DNA from: Macrostomum lignano
Lineage: Eukaryota
Direction: 5' to 3'
DNA: 64,000 nucleotides
Assembly (NCBI GenBank): GCA_002269645.1
Contig: NIVC01000092.1
Span: forward strand, 496,001-560,000
In this document: piece after piece, positions 1 through 10,414 of the stretch
Numbering within the stretch: the first letter of the stretch is position 1
Layout: each line of letters begins with the position of its first letter
The notes under the pieces: generated by a model
The model's database searches: none
Told to the model about the DNA's origin: nothing
Seen by the model: only the letters and a program-made list of their open reading frames with translations
Position numbers and translations under genes: made by a program

Positions 1-129
1 AATATACATCTCAAAAAGTAAATTTGTTTTGTTTTTTTATTCCAACTTTTATTAGGATTGAATAATTAAATATAGAAGTTCTACATAGCTAATTTATATG
101 CAAATTTATCTTTGTTTAAAGCTATAGAA

Positions 130-1090
130 TAATAAAGTAGCAGTTGACCCAAATGAAGGTCCCATAGGCCAAGTAGCAGTTGACCCAAATGAGGGACCTG
201 TAGTTCAGGTAGCAGTTGACTCAAATGAAGGACATGTAGGTCAGGTAGCAGTTGACCCAAATGAAGAATATGCAAGTCAGGTAGCAGTTGACCCAAATGA
301 AGGACCTGTAGGTCAGGTAGCAGTTAACCCAAATGAAGGTCCTGTAGGTCAGGTAGCAGTTGACCCAAATGAAGAATATGCAAGTCAGGTAGCAGTTGAC
401 CCAAATGAAGGACCTGTAGGTTAAGTAGCAGTTGACCTAAATGAAGGACCTGTAGGTCAGGTAGCAGTTAACCCAAATGAAGGTCCTGTAGGTCAGGTAG
501 CAGTTGACCCAAATGAAGGAGTTGTAGGTCAGGTAGCAGTTGACCCAAATGAAGGAGTTGTAGGTCAGGTAGCAGTTGACCCAAATGAAGGAACTGTATG
601 TCAGGTAGCAGTTGACCCAAATGAAGGACCTGAAGGTTAAGTAGCAGTTGACCTAAATGAAGAACCTGTAGGTCAGGTAGCAGTTAACCCAAATGAAGGT
701 CCTGTAGGTCAGGTAGCAGTTGACCCAAATGAAGGCGTTGTAGGTCAGGTAGCAGTTGACCCAAATGAAGGACCTGTAGACCGTCAGGTAGCAGTTGACC
801 CAAATGAAGGAACTGTATGTCAGGTAGCAGTTGACCCAAATGAAGGAACTGTATGTCAGATAGCAGTTGACCCAAATGAAGGACCTGTAGACCGTCAGGT
901 AGCAATGACCCAAATAAAGGACCTATAGGTCAGGTAGCAGGTAACCCAAATGAAGGAACTGTATGTCAGGTAGCAGTTGACCCAAATGAAGGAACTGTAG
1001 ACCTTCAGGTAGCAATTGACCCAAATAAAGGACCTATAGGTCAGGTAGCAGTTAACCCAAATGAAGGAGTTGTAGTTCAAGTCGCAGTGC
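130..1090. repeat. Minisatellite, 36-bp unit (CAGGTAGCAGTTGACCCAAATGAAGGACCTGTAGGT) with 39-bp variants
   Basis: Tandem units read directly; the 12-aa periodicity of the overlapping ORFs matches 36 bp. Confidence 0.95.
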
Positions 1091-1416
1091 CCCATTAAGA
1101 AACCTTAGTTAACTCTGTAATTTGTAGCAGGTTCGTTTGTGTATTAAGTTGTGGCCCAGTTTAACCTATCACTTTACTTTATTTATTATAATTAGCTAGG
1201 TATTTTTATTTGATTTAGTACTACTGTATTACACAGTGTTTCCATGGGACTGTTCGCTCACTTATGCGAGACTAATTTTATTGGAACGTATTTTATTGTA
1301 CTATAATTTGTATAGTCCGGTCATACATGCGCAACTTCTGAAATTACGCTGGCCGTGCGACTTAGTTTTCGATAAAAAATGCGACTTACCTATGAAAGAG
1401 CCAAGCAAAAACTTTA

Positions 1417-1479
1417 GGTAAACGGCAGGAGTAACTATGACCATAATTTAAAGCTAATTGCCTCGCCAGCTAATTAGTG
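1417..1479 (+). other. Degenerate 28S rRNA-like fragment (helix 69-71 region), copy 1
   Basis: GGTAAACGGCAGGAGTAACTATGAC...TGCCTCGCCAGCTAATTAGTG resembles the recalled eukaryotic 28S sequence GGTAAACGGCGGGAGTAACTATGACTCTCTTAAGGTAGCCAAATGCCTCGTCATCTAATTAGTG. It is far too short to be an rRNA gene. Confidence 0.75.
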
Positions 1480-1899
1480 CTGCGTGCAGATTTCGCGTTT
1501 TTATAACAGCTAATCAGTATGTCATCTAGTGGCGGCATGAAGCAATTAGTAAATTGTCAGTACAGTGTAGTGAGCATACTACAAAAGTCATGATTCATGA
1601 ATGTCCAGAAGTAAGTGAAGAGAATACAGTGTGACCTATAGCTCAAGAACGATTTGCTAGACGATTTGGCATGGAAGATGAGAGCCCTGATTCAGATGGC
1701 TCATCAGATGCAGAATACGAATCCAGTAGAGATACAAGCTGTGAAAACCCACAGATTTTTAAACCACTGAATTCTAATTCCCGGAACTATTTTTGCATAG
1801 ATTCTAAATTTGAAGTCATGCTCAAACAAAAACTTGTTAACAGTTAGGAAAAAGGCAAAGATGGGAGTAATGCATGTTAAACTAAGATTTGAGGCCTTT

Positions 1900-2560
1900 G
1901 CAAATTCTCTCCATTCCTCAATCTTCTCATCCTCTTTTTCTTTTCTCTCTCATCCCTTATCCCTTCTCTCTTTCCTCTCCTCTCCTATCTCTTCTGTCTC
2001 CTCTCTACATTCTTATCTCTCCTCTCGTCTCTCTCCATTCCACTCTACTCTCTCATCTTATCTTCCCTCTCGTCTCTCTCCACTCTACTCTCTCATCTTA
2101 TCTCTCCTCTCTTTTCTACTCTCTCATCTCTCCTCTCTTCACTCTCCTCTCATCTCCTCTTTATCCTCTCTTCTCTCATCTACTCTCTCCTCTTTCCTCT
2201 TTCCTCTCTTCTGATCTCATCCATCATCTTTTCTTTCCTCTTTCCTCTCATCTCCTCTTCTCTCTCATCTCTTTTTCCTCCCTCAGCTTTTCTCTCCTCT
2301 TCTATCTTTTCTCCCATCGCATCGCTCGCCTCTCCTCTGTTTGCTTATCTCTAATCTTCTATTCCCTCTACTTTGAAGTAAGAAAATATGCACATATTTT
2401 TGCTGAAGATAAGAGGAGAGAAGAGGGCATTGAGGAGAAAGGGTAGAGAGAAAGGGGGAGAAGAGAGGAGAGTAAAAATGAGACGAGAGAGAAGAGGGAA
2501 AAGGGGGAGAGAGAGAAGAGGGGAGGCAAGGTAGAGAAGAAGAGAGAGATGAGAGTTGAA
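1900..2560. repeat. CT-rich low-complexity tract followed by a GA-rich tract
   Basis: Pyrimidine-rich at about 1900-2390 and purine-rich at about 2410-2560. Confidence 0.9.
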
Positions 2561-2599
2561 GAGACACCAACCTTGCTGGTTAGGAAGTTTCAAAGAACC

Positions 2600-2654
2600 C
2601 GAGGGGCGAGGGCCAGATAGAGGGGCTTCGCGAGCCGGAGTTTGCCAACCCCTG
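2600..2654. mobile_element. Right end of a nested hAT/Charlie-like MITE
   Basis: Ends in GCGAGCCGGAGTTTGCCAACCCCTG (reverse complement CAGGGGTTGGCAAACTCCGGCTCGC), followed by CTCCAGAG, which resembles the Charlie target consensus. No matching left end was found nearby. Confidence 0.55.
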
Positions 2655-2809
2655 CTCCAGAGTTTAAGAAATCAATGGGAAACTGTTGACGCGGGCTTCT
2701 GATTTCAAAGATCTTGTCTGTGGTTGAAGGCTTCTATTCTGTTTTTGCTCTCTTGCCACACTTGCACCTACTACCCCCTGATTGCCTCTGATTGTGACTT
2801 ACTTCCCTC

Positions 2810-3780
2810 TTATTGCGACTTAGTTGCTTCTTTTTGCGACTTACCTAATCCTTTTTGCGACTTACCTAACCCTTTTGCGACTTACCTAATCCTTTTGCGA
2901 CTTACCTAATCCTTTTGCGACTTAGCTGATCCTTTTGCGACTTACCTAATCCTTTTTGCGACTTACCTAACCCTTTTGCGACTTACCTAATCCTTTTGCG
3001 ACTTACCTAATCCTTTTGCGACTTAGCTGATCCTTTTGCGACTTACCTGATTCTTTTTGCGACTTACCTAATCCTTTTTGCGACTTACCTAATCCTTTTG
3101 CGACTTACCTAACCCTTTTGCGACTTACCTAATCCTTTTGCGACTTAGCTGATCCTTTTGCGACTTACCTGATTCTTTTTGCGACTTACCTAATCCTTTT
3201 TGCGACTTACCTAATCCTTTTGCGACTTACCTAACCCTTTTGCGACTTACCTAATCCTTTTGCGACTTACCTAATCCTTTTGCGACTTAGCTGATCCTTT
3301 TGCGACTTACCTGATTCTTTTTGCGACTTACCTAATCCTTTTGCGACTTACCTAACCCTTTTGCGACTTACCTAATCCTTTTGCGACTTACCTAACCCTT
3401 TTGCGACTTACCTAATCCTTTTGCGACTTACCTAATCCTTTTGCGACTTACATAACCCTTTTGCGACTTACCTAATCCTTTTGCGACTTACCTAACCCTT
3501 TTGCGACTTACCTAATCCTTTTGCGACTTAGCTGATCCTTTTGCGACTTACCTAATCCTTTTGCGACTTACCTAACCCTTTTGCGACTTACCTGATCCTT
3601 TTTGCGACTTAGTTTGCTTCTTTTGCGACTTAGTTTGCTTCTTTTGCGACTTAGTTTGCTTCTTTTGCGACTTACCTGATTCCTGTTGCGACTTACCTGA
3701 TCCTTTTTGCGACTTAGTTTGCTTCTTTTGCGACTTACCTGATCCTTTTTGCGACTTACCTGATTATTTTTACAACTTAG
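2810..3780. repeat. Minisatellite, about 20-bp unit TTTTGCGACTTACCTAATCC, inside the hAT element
   Basis: Roughly 45 tandem units read directly. Confidence 0.95.
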
Positions 3781-4416
3781 TTTGCTTCTTTTGCGAATTG
3801 TTTTTCTTTTGCTTCACCATTTTCCCTGAACTGCTCTTTCTTTCGCTTTCCTCTTGCCTTTCTTGGTTCTTGTGTTTTTCTGTTTTTGGTTGACTCAATT
3901 TTGCGACTTACCCCTGGTCAGCCACGATTTACGGTGGCCGGATCGGCCAGGTCGGCCAGCAGTTGCGCATGTATGAGTCCGGTGCACTTCACGTGAAACC
4001 TACGAAATAAGTTTGGTGGTGGGCAGATAATTCACTCTCGCGCATATGAGCTCTAGAGAGTCCTGTCCGCTTCTCCATTCACTGCTAACCCACACAGGGT
4101 CTTGTGTAAACACTTAGCAATGGTCAGATTCAATCCAAAAGCTTCCAAATGCTATGCTGTTTGAGTTCGCGTATGATCGTGCTCTTTCTCTCTCTCTCTC
4201 ACCCTCCGCTTTCTGACTCTCTTCACTTTTTGAGCACACAAACTGTCAAGATTTTCTCTCTTTCTCTGTCTGTCCAGTCCGCCAGAGGTCCAGCTATCTA
4301 TCAACTGCCCTTAGCTATTATTTGCCTACAAAGCGTCTGGTTCAAGCTTAAATCTAGTCTTTCTTATCTTAAATATCAATTGGCCAAATGACTGGTTTAT
4401 TTGGTCTAGGCTAATG

Positions 4417-4483
4417 GCGGTAAACGGCGGGAGTAACTATTACTTCTAATTAGATATGCAATTACCTCGTTATCTGATTAGTG
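4417..4483 (+). other. Degenerate 28S rRNA-like fragment (helix 69-71 region), copy 2
   Basis: GCGGTAAACGGCGGGAGTAACTAT matches the recalled 28S sequence. It is followed by a diverged 19-nt core and then TACCTCGTTATCTGATTAGTG. Confidence 0.75.
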
Positions 4484-4740
4484 TATATCTTTTACAAATT
4501 GTGTTGCGTACATTCCTGACGATTAGAAAGTCAGGGCCGCTGTACACCCTCTGTGAGCATGTGTATGATTGCTCAGGGGTCAGCAGAATGGGCATCACTG
4601 CTTGCCTTCTCGCTGACTGCGGGTCAGCTGTTTTCTTGATTTGATGGCGAATCCACTGACTGCTCACAGTTATACTAATCGTTATCTGTACATGTTCCAA
4701 CTTCTGCGAATCCAGAGAAACCCGTCAGTGAATACCAATA

Positions 4741-5865
4741 ATGGCTGCGTTATTCTTTGCTGACAAACGCCAGTTGGGCTCAGATCAAGATGACGACGAT
4801 TCGAGCGACGATTCCGAGTACGTGCCCGACGAGAAGGAGCTTGATGACGAGGATGATGTTGATGATGAAGATGATGATGATGTTGAAGAGAATCCAAACG
4901 AGGAAGCTGGATTGAATGGAGGCGGCGACAATTCAAGCAATAAAAAGCAACAAACAACAAAGAAGTCAAAATCTCGAGCGAAGAATTCGCGCAAACAGGG
5001 GGCGGAGCTTCCCGGTAGGATTAACAGATTTAGACGGGGTGGAATCCGACTGGAGGGAGAGGCTGAAGATGAAGCGCCCGCTAAGCCGGCCCCGTCTTCA
5101 TCGCTAACAACAGCTGGACTTGCTGAGCCGGCGGCTGATGCGGCAGATGAACGTGAGAAGCGTCGAGCTGATGCTCTTTGGGCCAGCTTCTTGGCCGATG
5201 TTCAGCCTGCCAAGCCCGCCTCCTCGTCCGTTGCTAAGACAGCCGACACCGTTGCTAAGGCAACCGACACAGTTGCTAAGGCAACGGATACTGTTGCAAA
5301 GGCAACCGACACTGTTTTTAAGGCAACTGATACTGTTGCTAAGACAACCGACACCGTTGCTAAGGCAACCGATACTGTTGCTAAGGTAACCGATACCGTC
5401 GCTAAGGCAACCGATACCGTTGCTAAGGTAACCGAATCCGTTGCTAAGACTACAAATTCGGTTACTAAGGCGACCACCGACGCCTCGAAAAGCGCTACAG
5501 CTACTCAAGCCACCAAAATATTCGAATTCGCCGGCGAGTCTGTGGCCGTTCCAATCGCTTCTCCATCGTCGGGCTGTTCAACGAAGCGCCCAGCCGCCGC
5601 CGCCCCCAAAGGCGTAACCAGCCTCCTTGACCGGCTGACTAAGCGTCCAAAACTGTCAACGCTGGAGAAGTCCCGGCTAGACTGGGAGTCCTTCAAATCT
5701 AGCGAAGGCATCGGCGAAGATCTGGCCGCGTACAACCGAGGCAAGGCCGGCTACTTGGACCGGCAGGCCTTCTTGGAACGGGCCGACTACAGGCGCTACG
5801 AGCAGGAGAGAGACGCCAGGCTGGCCAGCGGCCGCGGCGGCCAGCAGGGCGGGGCAAAGTCTTGA
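4741..5865 (+). CDS. CFDP1: Craniofacial development protein 1 / BCNT / Swc5 homolog, intronless, 374 aa
   Basis: Acidic N-terminus (SDDSEYVP), ADALWASF motif, and C-terminal BCNT-C domain (KLSTLEKSRLDWESFK...GYLDRQAFLERAD). Confidence 0.92.
   Translation: MAALFFADKRQLGSDQDDDDSSDDSEYVPDEKELDDEDDVDDEDDDDVEENPNEEAGLNGGGDNSSNKKQQTTKKSKSRAKNSRKQGAELPGRINRFRRGGIRLEGEAEDEAPAKPAPSSSLTTAGLAEPAADAADEREKRRADALWASFLADVQPAKPASSSVAKTADTVAKATDTVAKATDTVAKATDTVFKATDTVAKTTDTVAKATDTVAKVTDTVAKATDTVAKVTESVAKTTNSVTKATTDASKSATATQATKIFEFAGESVAVPIASPSSGCSTKRPAAAAPKGVTSLLDRLTKRPKLSTLEKSRLDWESFKSSEGIGEDLAAYNRGKAGYLDRQAFLERADYRRYEQERDARLASGRGGQQGGAKS
5224..5480 (+). repeat. Coding 21-bp tandem repeat (about 12 x TDTVAKA) within CFDP1
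   Basis: GCAACCGACACCGTTGCTAAG-type units in frame within the ORF. Confidence 0.9.
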
Positions 5866-5919
5866 GGCTGAGCAGCGACCAACTGAGAGACTTTTTGTTT
5901 CCATGGTGATGATCGGAGG

Positions 5920-7062
5920 GCCTCTGAAGCATCTGGGGGGGGGGCAGCGGCCACTGAAGCATCTGGGAGGGGGGGCAGCGGCCACTGAAGCATCTGGGAG
6001 GGGGGCAGCGGCCACTGAAGCATCTGGGAGGGGGGCAGCGGCCACTGAAGCATCTGGGAGGGGGGCAGCGGCCACTGAAGCATCTGGGAGGGGGGCAGCG
6101 GCCACTGAAGCATCTGGGAGGGGGGCAGCGGCCACTGAAGCATCTGGGAGGGGGGCAGCGGCCACTGAAGCATCTGGGAGGGGGGCAGCGGCCACTGAAG
6201 CATCTGGGAGGGGGCAGCGGCCACTGAAGCATTTGGGAGGGGGGCAGCGGCCACTGAAGCATCTGGGGGGGCAGCGGCCACTGAAGCATCTGGGAGGGGG
6301 CAGCGGCCACTGAAGCATCTGGGAGGGGGGCAGCGGCCACTGAAGCATCTGGGAGGGGGGCAGCGGCCACTGAAGCATCTGGGAGGGGGGCAGCGGCCAC
6401 TGAAGCATCTGGGAGGGGGCAGCGGCCACTGAAGCATCTGGGGGGGGCAGCGGCCACTGAAGCATCTGGGAGGGGGGCAGCGGCCACTGAAGCATCTGGG
6501 AGGGGGGCAGCGGCCACTGAAGCATCTGGGAGGGGGCAGCGGCCACTGAAGCATCTGGGGGGGGGGGGGGCAGCGGCCACTGAAGCATCTGGGGGGGGGG
6601 GGCAGCGGCCACTGAAGCATCTGGGGGGGGGCAGCGGCCACTGAAGCATCTGGGGGGGGGGCAGCGGCCACTGAAGCATCTGGGGGGGGCAGCGGCCACT
6701 GAAGCATCTGGGGGGGGGGGCAGCGGCCACTGAAGCATCTGGGGGGGGCAGCGGCCACTGAAGCATCTGGGGGGGGGGCAGCGGCCACTGAAGCATCTGG
6801 GGGGGGCAGCGGCCACTGAAGCATCTGGGGGGGCAGCGGCCACTGAAGCATCTGGGGGGGGCAGCGGCCACTGAAGCATCTGGGGGGGGGGCAGCGGCCA
6901 CTGAAGCATCTGGGGGGGGGCAGCGGCCACTGAAGCATCTGGGGGGGGCAGCGGCCACTGAAGCATCTGGGGGGGGGCAGCGGCCACTGAAGCATCTGGG
7001 GGGGGGGGGCAGCGGCCACTGAAGCATCTGGGAGGGGGGCAGCGGCCACTGAAGCATCTGGA
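5920..7062. repeat. G-tract minisatellite, about 30-35 bp (GCAGCGGCCACTGAAGCATCT plus a variable G run)
   Basis: Constant core with G runs of variable length, read directly. Confidence 0.95.
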
Positions 7063-7454
7063 ACTCAGTAACATCGGTGTGTTTCACGTTGCTTACCCAA
7101 TACTTTCTTTTGTCTTTTTATTGTATTTCTCAGCATTTTCTGCGTTTTTTCCTGTTCGCTCTACTTACTAGTAGCGCATGCTGCACAAATTCTGTTGGTA
7201 TATTCGAATTTGAATGTAATTGCGCAACCTTAATTTATAAATTATGAATAATAAATAAATAAATAATAACTGATATAATATTCAAACCATGGTTCCGCGT
7301 GTTTGCCTTATAGATTAAAAACCTATTCATATTTCGGACTCTGTCCAACTTAAGTATATTTAGTGAAACTTTCTTTTTATTTTTATAAAATTCTCACTAT
7401 TTATAAATATTTTTCAATTGCATGCTCAGTTGTCAAACTGATTTAACAGCCACC

Positions 7455-9888
7455 ATGACTAGCGCTTACCTGAAAAACCTGATGGGTGTTCCTGTGACAG
7501 ATGAGGAATTAGAGAACATCCCGCATCCCAATGTGGAACTGACGCTGCACACCACTGTTCGGTTTATTCAGGTGAATATGGCATTCTGTGTTCAACTGTA
7601 GGTTATGAGCGATTGGACATTGTGGGTTATGAGCGATTGGATTGTGGGTTATGAGCGATTTGAAACTGTGGGTTATGAGCGATTGGACAATGTGGTTTAT
7701 GAGCGATTGGATTGTGGGTTATGAGCGATTTGAAACTGTGGGTTATGAGCGATTGGACAATGTGGTTTATGAGCGATTGGATTGTGGGTTATGAGCGATT
7801 GGACAATGTGGTTTATGAGCGATTGGATTGTGGGTTATGAGCGATTTGAAACTGTAGGTTATGAGCGATTGAACAATGTGGGTTATAAGCGATTGGACAA
7901 TGTGGGTTATGAGCGATTGGACAATGTGGGTTATGAGCGATTGGACAATGTGGGTTATGAGCGATTGGACAATGTGGGTTATAAGCGATTAGACAATGTG
8001 GGTTATGAGCGATTGGACAATGTGGGTTATGAGCGATTGGACAATGTTTGTTATGAGCGATTTGAAACTGTGGGTTATGAGCGATTGGACAATGTGGTTT
8101 ATGAGCGATTGGATTGTGGGTTATGAGCGATTTGAAACTGTAGGTTATGAGCGATTGGACAATGTGGTTTATGAGCGATTGGATTGTGGGTTATGAGCGA
8201 TTTGAAACTGTAGGTTATGAGCGATTGAACAATGTGGGTTATAAGCGGTTGGACAATGTGGGTTATGAGCGATTGGACAATGTGGGTTATGAGCGATTGG
8301 ACAATGTGGGTTATGAGCGATTGGACAATGTGGGTTATAAGCGATTGGACAATGTGGGTTATGAGCGATTGGACAATGTGGGTTATGAGCGATTGGACAA
8401 TGTTTGTTATGAGCGATTGGACACTGGATTATGAGCAATTGGATTGTGGGTTATGAGTTATTTTAGATTGATTTGCGAACAGTTGTGTGTTATGCACAGT
8501 TGTTATGTGTGTTCTATGGTGTGTTATTCTATACAGACTCAATTCCAACATCTTATTTGCGAACAGTTGTGTGTTATGCACAGTTGTTATGTGTGTTCTA
8601 TGGTGTGTTATTCTATACAGACTCAATTCCAACATCTTACTCCGCACCATCCCAGGCCGGCGCAGTGCTGGGCTCCCTTGTTGCAGCCCCCCTGGTCACG
8701 GCCATCGGCGGCCCCCGGACCCTGTCGGATCTCGCCGATCGAGCTCTTCGCTACGGCGTCACCGGCGCTCGAGTTGGAGCCGTCGCCGCTCCGCTGGTGA
8801 CTTATGCGGCAATGCGAAAGGAGCCGGATATCGCCGTCTATGACAGGGTGTACCGGCTGCGGTACCACTCCAATCAGGTGTGTCCGTTGTGCTGCAGTCT
8901 GGATTTCTCTCAATAAAATAGAAGGGTTGCGGGGGCACCCAGGCGCAACGCCTTCTCGGCAAAATCTGCAGTTCTGCCCATTCCGCTGACTTCTCCTACG
9001 CAAATACAAGCGCGGCAATACTGTACGAAGGCACACACTCTCACACATGCTCACACAGCCTGTTGAAAGCGTTACCGCGACAAGAATCGTTAGAGTCATT
9101 GAAAACAACTCACTAGTGACTCTCGTGACCTTTTAACGACTCGGGGTTAGCGCTTAACTTTCTACTAATTCAAGTAGACTAAATAGAGTTGTTGTACATG
9201 CCAAAGGCGGTTTTAATTCATAAAGGGACGCAACTAATCTACGGCCCCAGAGTCGCAGTCAATAAAGCGTCTCAAATTGACTCTTACACGACTTTTCATT
9301 TTGGCGACCTGTACCGTGATATCTGGTCGTTTTAGAGTCGTCTAGACTTTTCCTATTTTACCTGTGTTACCTGCTACGACTCTGAAACGAGATGTCGCGG
9401 TATAAGTCACTTTAAAGCGTTTTATTGTCTCTGGGGCCATAGACTCGCATCTGAGGCGTTCTTCAGTCGCTTGAAAGTCGCTGGAGACGCGCTTTAGCGT
9501 CACTGTAGAATCGTTTGTGCGTCACCTCTGAAACGCTCTGGACGCCTTACAGAGTCAGTGTAACCTATTTAACTCTAATTGCACTCTAACTAGCCTACTG
9601 AGTTAGTAGAAAGTTAAGCGCTAACACAATGAGAATGACTTTACGAGGCTTATATTAACGACACCCATCGCTCGCCCCTAGGTGCGCCACGATCGCTACT
9701 TCCTCATTGGCGCCAGCATCGGCGGCGCCAGCAATGGTCCGGCCGGTGCCCTAGTTGGCATTCTTGGCGGCATCGCCTTGGCAACAGCCTACAACAGCCT
9801 GTTGGCTGGCAGAGAGAGAGGCGAAGCGCCTCTGTCTGACCAGCTGAAGTCTAAAGTGCAGGCGGCCAAGCGGCAGCAGTCGATTTAA
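7455..9888 (+). CDS. DUF1757-like small membrane protein, paralog 1 (181 aa); exons 7455-7571, 8656-8877, 9682-9888
   Basis: GT-AG phase-0 introns join MTSAYLKNLMG...DEELENIPHP...RFIQ | AGAVLGSL...YDRVYRLRYHSNQ | VRHDR...stop without frame breaks. The IPHP and YDRxYRLRY motifs match my recollection of DUF1757 (PF08560), and the protein is clearly homologous to the gene at 12435. Confidence 0.8.
7600..8455. repeat. Intronic minisatellite, 24-bp unit GAGCGATTGGACAATGTGGGTTAT
   Basis: Tandem units in intron 1 of paralog 1. Confidence 0.95.
8471..8638. repeat. 84-bp perfect tandem duplication near the intron 3' end
   Basis: ATTTGCGAACAGTTG... begins at 8471 and again at 8555. Confidence 0.9.
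9058..9625. mobile_element. Foldback/MITE-like dispersed repeat in intron 2 of paralog 1
   Basis: Inverted arms GTTAGCGCTTAACTTTCTACTA at 9146-9177 and 9595-9625, plus inner inverted motifs (CTACGGCCCCAGAG / CTCTGGGGCCATAG). It has multi-block homology to 47906-49650. No TSD was identified. Confidence 0.75.
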
Positions 9889-10414
9889 AAGATTTTATTT
9901 TTGTTATCAATTTCGATCTTCTATGAGCTAATTTTAGCTAGCCAAAAAGTTTCTTTTCGAAATTCCTTCCCTAATTTGTTTAACTTCTGGAAACCAGCTT
10001 AGTTTAATCCATAATCCTTATGCATATGCATATTTTTAACCTTAGATTTAATATGCTACTGATAGTAGAGATGAAGAGTGTCTTACTTTAGAGATCGTAG
10101 CTTTTTTATGATATAAAATTTTCCAATATTTTTCACTACTATTACTTACAGTAGTAGTCTTTGAAATTTGGAATATTCTCATAATTTTCTGTTTAATTAT
10201 CTTTCGCCGGCGCTGACCATTCGTGAATAATTAAAATATATACAAAATATATACATACAACATGTATGACATTGTTTCCGTCTGCAAGATGTATAATTCT
10301 ATTTAAAATATACAGGTCACTCATTATTGTTGTAGTAAATTTTCTATTAGAAATATTCTATAAATTTTTGTTGATTTTATACATTACTTTAAATATCGCA
10401 TACCACTCAGTAGG

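Larger units (their letters stand above)
1322..3975. mobile_element. Non-autonomous hAT-type DNA transposon (no transposase)
   Basis: Perfect 15-bp TIR CATACATGCGCAACT (1322-1336, reverse complement 3961-3975), flanked by an 8-bp direct repeat AGTCCGGT (1314-1321 and 3976-3983). The motif GCGACTTA occurs near both ends. An 8-bp TSD with a short CA-starting TIR is typical of hAT. Confidence 0.85.

Noticed and set aside
1522-1533. CTCF-like CATCTAGTGG motif (also near 42667)
   Set aside because: A short motif expected by chance or inside TEs, with no supporting context.
1655-1846. Short acidic reading frame (MEDESPDSDGSSDAEY...) resembling CFDP1 or a piggyBac N-terminus
   Set aside because: Low-complexity similarity only, with an upstream stop and no nucleotide homology to CFDP1.
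1417-4483. Functional rRNA gene or R2/Pokey insertion between the two 28S-like fragments
   Set aside because: Only about 65 bp match in each copy. Both copies contain both arms (not a split target), and there is no RT or piggyBac ORF between them.
5677-7087. Long ORFs (417-465 aa) over the G-tract array
   Set aside because: They are pure translations of a tandem repeat in several frames with no domain content.
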